Assembly: GCA_963779755.1 (NCBI GenBank)
Contig: CAVZZO010000003.1
Span: 640,001 to 704,000, forward strand
Origin: an uncultured Gemmatimonadales bacterium
Lineage (GTDB): Bacteria > Gemmatimonadota > Gemmatimonadetes > Gemmatimonadales > GWC2-71-9
Length of the DNA stretch: 64,000 nt
Direction: 5' to 3'
A program made the position numbers and the translations under genes. This document shows, in pieces, positions 16,782 to 25,969 of the stretch; position 1 is the first letter of the stretch, and each line of letters begins with the position of its first letter. Under the pieces are notes generated by a model that worked only from the letters and a program-made list of their open reading frames with translations, ran no database searches and was not told the DNA's origin.

Positions 16782-18878
16782 ATGCGTCGAATTGCCTTCC
16801 CCGGGCTCGCGCTCGCCCTCATCCTGTGGCCCGGACGGCGCTCGGCGGCCCAGGTGCCGGCGGACAGCGGCGCCGACTCTCTCCGCTCCTATCAGCTCCC
16901 GCCGCTTACCGTAACCGTCACCCGCGCCCCCGCCCCGCTCCGGAGCGTGCCGTTCGCCGTGGGAGTGGTCGACAGCGCGGCCATCCGCCGGGCCCAGGCC
17001 ACCCTGGGGCTGGACGAATTTCTCGATCGCATCCCGGGCGTGCAGGCGGCCAACCGCTATAACTATTCGCTGGACGAGCGGCTCTCCATCCGGGGATTCG
17101 GGGCCCGGGCGAACTTCGGCACCCGGGGCGTCAAGATCCTGCTGGACGGCGTGCCCCAGACCCTGCCGGACGGCCAGAGCCAGCTTACCAATGTGGACTA
17201 TGGAGACCTGGGGCGGGTGGAGGTCATCCGGGGGCCGGCCTCGGCGCTCTACGGCAACGCCTCGGGCGGCGTCATCGCGCTCTACTCGCTTCCTCCCACC
17301 GGCGGGACATCCGCCGCCAGTCTGCGGACGGAGGGTGGCGCCTACGGCAGCTCGAAGGTACAGGTGCGCAGCAGTGTCCGGAACGGGCCTGTCGCCGCCG
17401 CTCTCTCGCTGGCCCGCTTTGCCTCCGACGGGTTCCGCCGCCACAGTCGTACCGAGCTGTTCCAGGCGGGCGGATCGGTGCTCTTGCTCTTCTCGGGCAG
17501 CACCACGGCAACGCTGCGGTTCGCGCATGCCAGCCAGCCGGTGGCCGATAACCCCGGAGCGCTGACACAACAGGAACTGCTCACCGACCGCCGGGCGGCG
17601 GCGCCCAATAACCTGGCGCAGAACGCCGGCAAGAACGTCAACCAGCAGCAGCTCTCGCTCACGCTGCACCACTACGGCGACGGCGAGAACGAGGAGCAGC
17701 TGGCCCTGTTCGGATTCCGGCGCGGCCTGACCAATCCGCTCGCCACCGGCACGTACATCGGGATCGACCGACTGGCGGGCGGGCTGCGCGCCTCCGCCAC
17801 GCGGCGGCTGGGCAGGGATTCCCTGGCGCTCCGCATTACGGCCGGCGTTGACCTGCAGCGCATGCGCGACGACCGGCGCAATCTGCTCGCCGCCGCGGGG
17901 GTGCCGACCGACAGCATTACCGTCGACCAACGGGAAACGGTGACCGAGCTGGGCCCCTTCATCCAGGCCGCGTGGCGGCCCGCAGAGCGGCTGGCGCTGG
18001 CCGCCGGGGCCCGCTGGGACCGGGTGAGCTTCGCGGTGCACGATCGCCACCTGAGCGACGGGGTGAACGACTCGGGGCACCGCGCGCTGGCGGCGCTGAG
18101 CGGCAACGGCGGACTCAGCTATGCGCTCACGCCGTCGCTCACGCCGTATATCAACATCGCCACGGCCTTCGAGACGCCGACCACCACCGAGCTGGCCAAC
18201 CGCCCTGACGGCTCGGGCGGCTTCAACGACAGCCTGGGCCCGCAGCGCGCAGTGACCTGGGAGGCCGGAGCGCGGGGGCGGGCCGGCACCCGGCTCAGCT
18301 GGTCGGTAGCCGGCTATCTGGGACGCATTCGCGATGCCATCGTGCAGTACCAGGAGGTGGGCGGACGGGCCTACTTCCGGAACGCCGGCAGCCTGCACAA
18401 CGATGGCGTGGAGGGAGAACTCTCCTTCGCGGCCCTGCCGGGCGCGACCCTCCATGCCGCGTATACCTACGCCCGCTATCGCTTCGCCACGTACCGGTTG
18501 GTCAACGGGGCCAGCGTCGACACGCTCGACGGCAACCGCCTGCCCGGCGTTCCCGCACACTATCTGCGGATGGATCTGTCGCTGGCGCCTGCTCCGGGCC
18601 TCTGGCTGGACCTGGAACATCGCTACAGCTCCGCCGTCTTCGCCGACGACGACAACACCCTGCGGGCTCAGGGCTGGGGTCCGGGCATCACCGCCCTTCG
18701 CGCCTCGTGGCGCGGCCGGGTTGGACGGGTCCTGGTGTCGCCCTTCGCCGGAGTCGATAATCTCTTCGATCGCGCCTATGTCAGTTCGGTGGTGGTCAAC
18801 GGTTTCGGCGGGCGGGTCTTCGAGCCGGCACCGGGAAGGACGCTGTACCTGGGGATGGAGGGAAGCTTCGGGAGATAG
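16782..18878 (+). CDS. TonB-dependent receptor
   Basis: Signal peptide, VTVTR TonB-box-like, SIRGFG, EVIRGPASALYG..GGVI plug, C-terminal PGRTLYLG..F. Confidence 0.93.
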   Translation: MRRIAFPGLALALILWPGRRSAAQVPADSGADSLRSYQLPPLTVTVTRAPAPLRSVPFAVGVVDSAAIRRAQATLGLDEFLDRIPGVQAANRYNYSLDERLSIRGFGARANFGTRGVKILLDGVPQTLPDGQSQLTNVDYGDLGRVEVIRGPASALYGNASGGVIALYSLPPTGGTSAASLRTEGGAYGSSKVQVRSSVRNGPVAAALSLARFASDGFRRHSRTELFQAGGSVLLLFSGSTTATLRFAHASQPVADNPGALTQQELLTDRRAAAPNNLAQNAGKNVNQQQLSLTLHHYGDGENEEQLALFGFRRGLTNPLATGTYIGIDRLAGGLRASATRRLGRDSLALRITAGVDLQRMRDDRRNLLAAAGVPTDSITVDQRETVTELGPFIQAAWRPAERLALAAGARWDRVSFAVHDRHLSDGVNDSGHRALAALSGNGGLSYALTPSLTPYINIATAFETPTTTELANRPDGSGGFNDSLGPQRAVTWEAGARGRAGTRLSWSVAGYLGRIRDAIVQYQEVGGRAYFRNAGSLHNDGVEGELSFAALPGATLHAAYTYARYRFATYRLVNGASVDTLDGNRLPGVPAHYLRMDLSLAPAPGLWLDLEHRYSSAVFADDDNTLRAQGWGPGITALRASWRGRVGRVLVSPFAGVDNLFDRAYVSSVVVNGFGGRVFEPAPGRTLYLGMEGSFGR

Positions 18879-18883
18879 ACGGA

Positions 18884-18928
18884 GTGGGCAGAGCAGGCAG
18901 AATAGGCAGAGCGGGCAGAGTCGGCAGA
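18884..18928 (+). repeat. tandem 9-nt repeat NNNGGCAGA x5 (single arm)
   Basis: GTGGGCAGA GCAGGCAGA ATAGGCAGA GCGGGCAGA GTCGGCAGA. Confidence 0.85.
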
Positions 18929-18954
18929 TTGAGCACCAGAGACAGGAACCAGCC

Positions 18955-19905
18955 ATGCTTTCACTGCAGGACATCTATGCGGCCCGCCGGCTCACGGCAC
19001 CGTGGGTCCGGCATACCCCGCTGGAGCGCTCCGCCGCTCTGGAAGTCGAGTGCGGCGGCCCGGTGTTCCTGAAACTGGAAAATCAGCAGGTGACGGGGAG
19101 CTTCAAGGCCCGCGGCCCCATCTGCCGGCTGCAGCGCATGGCGCCGGACGAACGGCGGCGCGGCGTGGTGGCACCGACCGCCGGCAATCACGGCGCGGGC
19201 CTCTCCCGGGCGGGCCGGGTTCTCGGCGTCCCGGTGCATCTGCATGTCATCCGGAATGCCGATCCGGGCAAGATGGCGATGCTGCGGGAGCACGGCGCCG
19301 TGATCCACCTGCACGAGGACTACGAAGCAGCGCACCGCTCGGCGGTGGCGCAGGCGGAGTCGGAGGGGCTCGTCTATGTTTCGCCCTACAGCCACCCCGA
19401 TATCATCGCAGCCGACGGCGTCGTGGCGCTCGAGCTGCTGCAGGATCTGCCGGACCTGGAGGTGGTGGCCGTTCCGGTGGGAGGGGGCGGACTGGCGGCC
19501 GGCATCGCCCTGGCGCTCAAGGCCGCGAATCCGGCCATCGAAGTCTGGGGGGTAGAATCGGCCGCGAGCCCGACCTTCACCACCTGGCGGGAGGCCGGCC
19601 GCCCGGTGACGGTAACGATCGAACCGGGCATGGCGGAAGGCCTGGTCGGCTACGTCGAGCCGGAGACCCTGACCTGGCCCCTGCTGCGGCGGCATCTCGA
19701 CCGGATGCTTACCGTGAGCGACGCCGAGCTGCTGGACACCATGCGCCTCCTGCTCGATGGCCACCGCCAGGTGGCGGAGCCGTCGGGCGCGGCCGGGGCC
19801 GCCGCGCTGCGGCGGGAGTCGGCATCCCTGCGCGGGCGCCGCGCGGTGGCAGTCGTCTCCGGGGGCAATATCAGCTGGGGTCGGCTGAAGCGCCTGCTGG
19901 CATGA
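18955..19905 (+). CDS. PLP-dependent threonine/serine dehydratase family protein
   Basis: LKLENQQVTGSFKARG, TAGNHG, VPVGGGGL, EPSGA, VSGGN. Confidence 0.9.
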   Translation: MLSLQDIYAARRLTAPWVRHTPLERSAALEVECGGPVFLKLENQQVTGSFKARGPICRLQRMAPDERRRGVVAPTAGNHGAGLSRAGRVLGVPVHLHVIRNADPGKMAMLREHGAVIHLHEDYEAAHRSAVAQAESEGLVYVSPYSHPDIIAADGVVALELLQDLPDLEVVAVPVGGGGLAAGIALALKAANPAIEVWGVESAASPTFTTWREAGRPVTVTIEPGMAEGLVGYVEPETLTWPLLRRHLDRMLTVSDAELLDTMRLLLDGHRQVAEPSGAAGAAALRRESASLRGRRAVAVVSGGNISWGRLKRLLA

Positions 19906-19937
19906 CAGGATCACGGCACCCGCGACCCTGACGATCT

Positions 19938-20417
19938 GTGCGCAAAGACCGCGTCATTCACCTGTTCTTCGACATCGGGGTCATCGCCAAGGGCATCGAC
20001 GGTGCCCTGGAGATCGTCGGCGGTGCCGTACTGATGTTTCTCAGCAGCACACAGCTCTACGGCATCGTGCACTTTCTGACCCAGCACGAGCTCAGCGAGG
20101 ATCCGCGCGACCGGATCGCCCAATACCTCCTGCACAGCACCCACTCTCTCGCGAGCGGCACACGGGTCTTTGCCGCGTCCTATCTCCTGTGGCACGGTGC
20201 CGTCAAAGTCGTGCTCGTGGCAGGGTTGCTGCGAAAGCAGCGCTGGGCCTATCCCCTGGCCATCGGTGCGTTCCTGCTCTTTCTGGTCTATCAACTGTAC
20301 CGCTATTCGCACACCCACGCCGTGGAGCTCCTTGTCCTCTCGGTCGCGGACGTCCTGGTCATCGCACTCACCTGGCTCGAGTTCCGGCGGCTGGTCAGGT
20401 CGCGTGCATTCGCGTGA
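19938..20417 (+). CDS. DUF2127-like membrane protein
   Basis: KGIDGALEIVGG, TQHELSEDPRD, YLLWHGAVK, WAYP; four TM segments. Confidence 0.8.
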   Translation: MRKDRVIHLFFDIGVIAKGIDGALEIVGGAVLMFLSSTQLYGIVHFLTQHELSEDPRDRIAQYLLHSTHSLASGTRVFAASYLLWHGAVKVVLVAGLLRKQRWAYPLAIGAFLLFLVYQLYRYSHTHAVELLVLSVADVLVIALTWLEFRRLVRSRAFA

Positions 20418-20474
20418 TGCGCACCGCCGCGGCGCGCTCCTTTCCCTCCGCCCACTCGGCCCGCACTGCCGTTC

Positions 20475-22892
20475 TCATAGAAGGCTCACCGGATCCCGGT
20501 CGATCACCACCCGCACCTCCCTGCCCGCCCGCGTGATGCGGGGGGCGGCGTACCGCACCACCCGTCCCAGCACCTCGGATTCTCCCTTGAGCAGTACGTG
20601 CCAGCGCCAGCGTTCCTTGATCCGGGCCAGCGGGCAGGGAGCGGGGCCCAGAATGGTCAGCGGCAGGCTGTGCTTCTCCGCCAGTGCGCCGCACCAGTCG
20701 GCCAGGCCCATGGCCGCATTGCTCACCGGCCCTTCGGCCAGCCCCGAGACTACCAGGTTCACCAGCGAAACCACCGGCGGGTAGGGGGGTGCGGCGCGGT
20801 GGGCCAGCTCCTCCCGGAGAAATCCATCGGGGTCGTGCGCCGCGGCCCAGCGCAGCGCATGGTGTTCGGGATTGCGGGTCTGCACCAGCACCTGGCCGCC
20901 GCGGGGCCCGCGGCCCGCCCGCCCGGCCACCTGCGCCATCAACTGGAACGTCCGTTCCGCTGCGCGGAAATCGGGCAGATGCAGCCCGATGTCGGCGTCC
21001 ACCACGCCGACCAGCGTGACATTGGGGAAGTCGAGGCCCTTGGCGATCATCTGCGTCCCCAGCAGCAGATTCACATCGCCGCGCTCCACCGCGCTCAGGA
21101 TCCGGTGGTGCGACCAGCGGGTGCTGGTGGTATCGAGGTCCATCCGCGCGATCCGGGCTTCGGGAAAGCGGTCGCCCAGCATGCGCTCGAGCTGCTGGGT
21201 CCCGATGCCGCGCATGCGCTGGACGTGGTGGGCACACTCCGGACACAGCTCGGGCACCGCCTCCTGGTGCATGCAGTAGTGGCAGCGCAGCGTGACCGGC
21301 ACCTGGTGCACGGTGAGGCTGATGCTGCAGTTGGGGCATTCCTGTACGTGGCCGCAATCCGGACATTGGAGGAAGGTGGCAAACCCCCGGCGATTCAGCA
21401 GCAGGAGCACCTGCTCGCCGCGGGCCAGGGTGCCCCCCACCGCGCGGTCCAGGTCAATCGACCAGGGCACCGGGCCGGTGTTGGTGGCGCGGGCGGCGAT
21501 GCGTAGATCGATCAGCCGCACCGGCGGCAGCGGCCGGTCGGCCACGCGCACGGGGAGGCGCAGCAGGGTCAGGCCGGCCCCGACCCGCGCCATGCTTTCG
21601 GGCGACGGCGTGGCGCTGCCCAGCAGGAGCTTCGCCCCTTCGAGCCGGGCGCGGACCACTGCCACATCGCGGGCGTGATACCTGGGGGCTTCGCCGTTCT
21701 TGTACGTCGCCTCGTGCTCCTCATCCAGGATGATGAGTCCCAGATCTTTCACCGGGGCGAAGATCGCGCTGCGGGCGCCGACCGCCACCCGCCGCTCGCC
21801 CCGTCGCAGCAGCCGCCAGGCGTCGGCCCGCTCGCCGTCCGAGAGCCCGCTATGCAGAACGGCGACCTGCTCGCCGAACGCGCCGCGCACGCGCGCCACG
21901 GTCTGCGGCGTGAGGCTGATCTCCGGCACCAGGAGAATGGCGCCGCGGCCCGCCTCCAGCTCACGGCGGATGGCCCGAAGGTACACCAGCGTCTTGCCGC
22001 TGCCGGTGACCCCGAAGAGCAGTGCCCCCTCACCGCCCGCCAGCGCCTCGATGGCGGTGATGGCGCGTGCCTGGTCCGGGGTCAGCCGCTCCGGCGGCGG
22101 TACGCCGGGTGCGTCGGCAAAGGGATCCCGGATCCGCTCCACCAGGGCCACCGTGGCGAGTCCCCGCCGTACCAGGCCGCGCACCACGGTGTCGCTGGTC
22201 TCGAGCCGCTGCACCAGGTGGCTCACCGGCGCCTCGCCCCCCAGCTCCTCCAGCAGCTCCAGCAGGCGCCGCTGGGCCGGGGAGCGCCGGAAGATCGTCT
22301 CCCGCTCCAGCAGGGTGGGCGCGGAGCCCGCGAGCCGCAACACCCGCTCCGTTGCCGTCCCGCGATCGACCTCCGGCGGCTGGACCTCGAGACTCACCGC
22401 TCCGACCCGGGCCAGGCGGTTCAGGGCATCCCAGACCGGACGCCGGAGACTGCGCGCCAGGGCGCTCACCGGCGCTTCGCCGCCCTTCGTTTCCAGCCGC
22501 TCCAGGATCTGCGCTCCCAGCCCGCCCGGCACCAGGGCGGCATCGCGCACGCGCACCAGCACCCGCGATGCGCCCCACATGCCCGACGGCAGCATGGCCC
22601 GCAGCGTGAGGCCGAGGGGCACGCCATAATAGCCGGCGATCCATTCGGCGGTCCGCAGGAGCGCGGGTGAAAGAGCGGGCTCGTCGTCGGGAGCGGAGAG
22701 GATGTCGCGCGGGGTTGCCTGGGGCGGGGGGGCGTTGCACGCCACCACGACGCCGATCAGCTCACGGCCGCGGACCGGCACCACGACGCGCGCCCCGGGA
22801 GCCACCCGGTCGGCGAGGCCGGTGGGAATGCGGTAGGTGTAAGGCTCGGCCAGCGGCAGAGGAAGCGCCACCCGGCCGAAGCCGGCCGTCAT
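20475..22892 (-). CDS. priA: primosomal protein N'
   Basis: GVTGSGKT, VPEISLTPQ, DEEH, Cys-rich zinc region, KGLDFP, QVAGRAGR, DRDP; ATG overlaps the epimerase stop. Confidence 0.95.
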   Translation of the reverse strand: MTAGFGRVALPLPLAEPYTYRIPTGLADRVAPGARVVVPVRGRELIGVVVACNAPPPQATPRDILSAPDDEPALSPALLRTAEWIAGYYGVPLGLTLRAMLPSGMWGASRVLVRVRDAALVPGGLGAQILERLETKGGEAPVSALARSLRRPVWDALNRLARVGAVSLEVQPPEVDRGTATERVLRLAGSAPTLLERETIFRRSPAQRRLLELLEELGGEAPVSHLVQRLETSDTVVRGLVRRGLATVALVERIRDPFADAPGVPPPERLTPDQARAITAIEALAGGEGALLFGVTGSGKTLVYLRAIRRELEAGRGAILLVPEISLTPQTVARVRGAFGEQVAVLHSGLSDGERADAWRLLRRGERRVAVGARSAIFAPVKDLGLIILDEEHEATYKNGEAPRYHARDVAVVRARLEGAKLLLGSATPSPESMARVGAGLTLLRLPVRVADRPLPPVRLIDLRIAARATNTGPVPWSIDLDRAVGGTLARGEQVLLLLNRRGFATFLQCPDCGHVQECPNCSISLTVHQVPVTLRCHYCMHQEAVPELCPECAHHVQRMRGIGTQQLERMLGDRFPEARIARMDLDTTSTRWSHHRILSAVERGDVNLLLGTQMIAKGLDFPNVTLVGVVDADIGLHLPDFRAAERTFQLMAQVAGRAGRGPRGGQVLVQTRNPEHHALRWAAAHDPDGFLREELAHRAAPPYPPVVSLVNLVVSGLAEGPVSNAAMGLADWCGALAEKHSLPLTILGPAPCPLARIKERWRWHVLLKGESEVLGRVVRYAAPRITRAGREVRVVIDRDPVSLL

Positions 22893-23905
22893 CGGCGGGC
22901 GACCCCCAGGCCCGGCTGGGACGGCAGCTGCACCTGGCCGCCGGCGATGGTGGCGCCGCTGAAGGGATCGTCCGCCAGCAGGGCGGCCCCGTCCAGGTCG
23001 ACGATATCCACCAGCGGCGTGAAGTGGGCGGCCGCGGTGATCGCGAGCGAGCTTTCGATCATGCACCCGACCATGACCATCAGGTGGTGGGCGCGCGCGA
23101 CCGCAATCATCCGCAGCGCTTCGCGCAGGCTGCCGCACTTGGCCAGCTTGATATTGATGCCGTCGACGCAGCCTGCCAGCCGCGGGATGTCTTCGGCGGT
23201 GCGGCAGCTCTCGTCGGCAATGAGCGGAAGGTCGGCGCGCCGGCGGATCTCGGCCAGGCCGGCGTGATCCTCGGGCGGTAACGGCTGCTCCAGCACGGTC
23301 ACGCCGTATTCCTTCAGAACCGGCAGCATGGCGATGGACCGTTTTACCGTCCAGCCGCAGTTGGCGTCCACCCGGAGCTCCTTGTCGGTCACTTCGCGGA
23401 TGGTCTGGAGCAGCTCGATATCGCGGCCGGTGCCGAGCTTGATCTTCAGGATCGGATATTCCGCGGCCTCCCGCACTTTCGTCTGCATCGCGTCGGGTGT
23501 GTCGATCCCGATGGTAAACGTGGAACGCGGCGCGCGCGCCGGATCCAGTCCCCAGAGCCGGTACAGCGGCTGCCCCAGGCGCTTGCCCCAGAGATCGTGC
23601 AGGGCGGCGGAGAGGGCCGCGCGGGCCGCCGGGTTGCGCCGCATGGCGGCTTCCCAGCCCTGTTCGGCCGTCTCCAGCTGGAAGGCGTCGTCGGGAAGCA
23701 CGGTGGCGTAGGTCTGCAGGGCGGCCAGAATGGTCTGCGCCGTCTCGCCGTAGAACTTCGAGGGCGCCGCCTCCCCCCAGCCTTCGAGGCCGTCACCGTC
23801 GGTGAGCCGCACCCACACGGTGTCATACTCGCTCTGCCCCCCCCGGGCGATGATAAAGGGATGGCGGGTGCGCAGCTGGAGAACTTCAGCGTGAAGGCGA
23901 AGCAT
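22889..23905 (-). CDS. dipeptide (L-Ala-D/L-Glu) epimerase, enolase superfamily
   Basis: GWGEA, KIKLG, RVDAN, EQP, ADES, NIKLAK, GCMIE, DLDG. Confidence 0.9.
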   Translation of the reverse strand: MLRLHAEVLQLRTRHPFIIARGGQSEYDTVWVRLTDGDGLEGWGEAAPSKFYGETAQTILAALQTYATVLPDDAFQLETAEQGWEAAMRRNPAARAALSAALHDLWGKRLGQPLYRLWGLDPARAPRSTFTIGIDTPDAMQTKVREAAEYPILKIKLGTGRDIELLQTIREVTDKELRVDANCGWTVKRSIAMLPVLKEYGVTVLEQPLPPEDHAGLAEIRRRADLPLIADESCRTAEDIPRLAGCVDGINIKLAKCGSLREALRMIAVARAHHLMVMVGCMIESSLAITAAAHFTPLVDIVDLDGAALLADDPFSGATIAGGQVQLPSQPGLGVARR

Positions 23906-23942
23906 GGAAGATTCCAGTTATTAGGAAAGTGCCGAGTCAATC

Positions 23943-24112
23943 TAACCGCGAAGACGCGAAGAACGCGAAGGGCATTTCGCCGCAGAGGCTCGAAAGTCGC
24001 AACAGGCATGATACCCATAGCCTGTGCCGCTCAGGGCGTGATTGTCTGGCCCCAATCGCAGCAGGGACTCCCAAAGCACATCCCCATCGCGTGCTTCGCG
24101 TCTTCGCGGTTA
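23943..24112. mobile_element. MITE-like element with 26-bp terminal inverted repeats
   Basis: TAACCGCGAAGACGCGAAGAACGCGA (23943-23968) matches the reverse complement of 24087-24112 at 25/26; TA at both outer ends; 118-bp core. Confidence 0.65.
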
Positions 24113-24158
24113 ACTCGCAGCTCTTCCAGTTTTCTGCCTGTTTGCGCCAGGAATGGTT

Positions 24159-25061
24159 CTACCCCAAAGCCGCGATGTGGGCCGCAGCCCCCTCGGCCAG
24201 CCGCGGCGGATCGTAGCCCCCCTCCAGCAGGCTCACGATAGGCGTGGCGGGCAGCCGTTCGCGCAGGCGGGCGGTCCACTGGGCGTAGTGTTCCGGCTCC
24301 AGCGTGAAGCCCCCCAGCGGGTCGCCCTGCATGGCATCGAAACCGGAGGAGATGAGCAGCAGCTCCGGATCCCAGCGGTTGGTGGCGGCCACCACCGCCT
24401 CCCACAGCGCCTCGCGGTAGCGCTCGGGCGCGAGGCCCGGCCCCAGAGGAACGTTGAAGATGTTGCCCACGCCTCGCTCGTTCGCTGCGCCGGTGCCCGG
24501 ATACCAGGGCGACTGGTGCAGGCTGACGTAGCGCACCGTTGGATCGGTCTCCACCAGGGCCTGGGTGCCGTTGCCATGGTGCACATCCCAATCGACGATC
24601 AGCACCCGCTCACGACCCAGCCGCGCCGCGTGCCGGGCCAGCACGACGACGGTATTGACCAGGCAGAACCCCATGGCCTGCTCGGCCAGCGCATGGTGTC
24701 CCGGCGGCCGTACGGCGGCGAAGGCATGCCCGCGACCCTGGTGGGCATGCTGCAGGGCGGCCAGGCCGGCACCGGCGGCACCCAGCACGGCATCGAAACT
24801 GGCGGGCATCGCAATGGTATCGGGGTCCAGGCGACCTCCCCCCAGATCGCAGAGGCGCCGCAACCCGGCGATATAACCCGGAAGATGCGGCGGTGTCAGG
24901 TCGTCCGGCCGGGCGGCGTACGCCTCATGAAGGCGGAACCGGGGGTCGTCGCCCAGGCGGTCGAGCAGGGTGGTCAGCCGCAGCGGGCGTTCCGGCGCCC
25001 CCGGCCCCGGGTCGTGCCGGCGGCAATCGGGATGGGTAAAGACCGCAACCGGAGGCGCCAT
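24159..25061 (-). CDS. histone deacetylase family (Zn-dependent deacetylase) protein
   Basis: RPPGHHA, GFC, DWDVHHGNGTQ, SGFDA..D, LEGGY; AGGAG SD. Confidence 0.94.
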   Translation of the reverse strand: MAPPVAVFTHPDCRRHDPGPGAPERPLRLTTLLDRLGDDPRFRLHEAYAARPDDLTPPHLPGYIAGLRRLCDLGGGRLDPDTIAMPASFDAVLGAAGAGLAALQHAHQGRGHAFAAVRPPGHHALAEQAMGFCLVNTVVVLARHAARLGRERVLIVDWDVHHGNGTQALVETDPTVRYVSLHQSPWYPGTGAANERGVGNIFNVPLGPGLAPERYREALWEAVVAATNRWDPELLLISSGFDAMQGDPLGGFTLEPEHYAQWTARLRERLPATPIVSLLEGGYDPPRLAEGAAAHIAALG

Positions 25062-25062
25062 G

Positions 25063-25335
25063 CTACTCCTTCCCGTCACCGCGCCGGAGCAGGTCCCGCA
25101 GCGAGTGTATCTGGCGGCGGAGCTCCTCGCGACCCTGCGCGATATCCCGCAGCCGGCGCTGGTGGCGCCGGTAGTAGAAGGCCGTGAAGCCGGCGACCAG
25201 GACCATGGCCGCCCCGACCAGGCCCAGGGTCATCGAATGCATCCAGGCACCGGCCAGCAGCAGCAGAATGCCGTCGAGCAGCAAAAGCCCGACGGCAAGA
25301 ATGGTCATGATCCGGCCGCCGCCCCGGCGGAGCAT
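25063..25335 (-). CDS. small two-TM membrane protein with C-terminal coiled coil
   Basis: Two hydrophobic helices and a basic amphipathic tail; tightly packed in operon. Confidence 0.7.
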   Translation of the reverse strand: MLRRGGGRIMTILAVGLLLLDGILLLLAGAWMHSMTLGLVGAAMVLVAGFTAFYYRRHQRRLRDIAQGREELRRQIHSLRDLLRRGDGKE

Positions 25336-25340
25336 GGGAG

Positions 25341-25607
25341 TCAGCGAACCGCCCGCCGGCGCCGGGGCAGGATGATCAACGCGGCATTCGGCACCACGCC
25401 CAGCTCGCCCAGCGTCCGCTCCTCCGGCTGGAGCAGAGCTCCCCGGAACTTGACATCATAGAGGGCGGGATCGCGGGGGACGTGCACCCGCTCCAGAGCC
25501 CGCCGCTTCAGCTCGGCCAGCGAGGTATCGGCCGGCAGCTCGAGCGTCACGGCGTCCCAGACATCCTGCACCATGACCCGCACCGCCAGCAGCGTCCCGG
25601 CCGTCAT
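25341..25607 (-). CDS. ubiquitin-like (beta-grasp, YukD/EsaB-like) protein
   Basis: 88 aa; VTLELP..TSLAELK..FRGALL..ERTLGELGV..ALIIL aligns by eye with ubiquitin; ATG overlaps upstream TGA. Confidence 0.7.
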   Translation of the reverse strand: MTAGTLLAVRVMVQDVWDAVTLELPADTSLAELKRRALERVHVPRDPALYDVKFRGALLQPEERTLGELGVVPNAALIILPRRRRAVR

Positions 25608-25876
25608 GCGATCTCCATGCTGGCCGAGGGCAGCGTCGAGAGGAAGCGGGTGACGGCCTGGTCGTAGAACAGGGTGGAAGCGCGCACCCGGGTGCCTTCC
25701 GGCGAGCCGGTCACCGAAAAGACCGCCTCTTCCCCGCCCTGCCCCCGCAGGGTCAGATAGCCGGGGCCTTCCTCTTCGGGAAAGGCCGCCTGCTGCGGAA
25801 TCCGCTCGGTGAAGAACCGCTTGGCCCGGCGCAGCACCTCGGCGCCCTCCATGCTGGTCACGCACTCGTGTACCAT
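25604..25876 (-). CDS. hypothetical protein
   Basis: 90 aa, GAGGAG SD, translationally coupled to the Ubl gene. Confidence 0.72.
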   Translation of the reverse strand: MVHECVTSMEGAEVLRRAKRFFTERIPQQAAFPEEEGPGYLTLRGQGGEEAVFSVTGSPEGTRVRASTLFYDQAVTRFLSTLPSASMEIA

Positions 25877-25969
25877 CCAGACACTCCTCTCCAGGGTTAC
25901 ACGCCGCTCGGCGCGATGCCGGCCGGACCGAAATATAGATACGGTGGAATGGCGGCGCCTCCCGGGCGC

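Noticed and set aside
23929..24216. 95-aa ORF across the MITE-like element
   Set aside because: No motif, built partly from the repeats, and overlaps the HDAC gene antisense.
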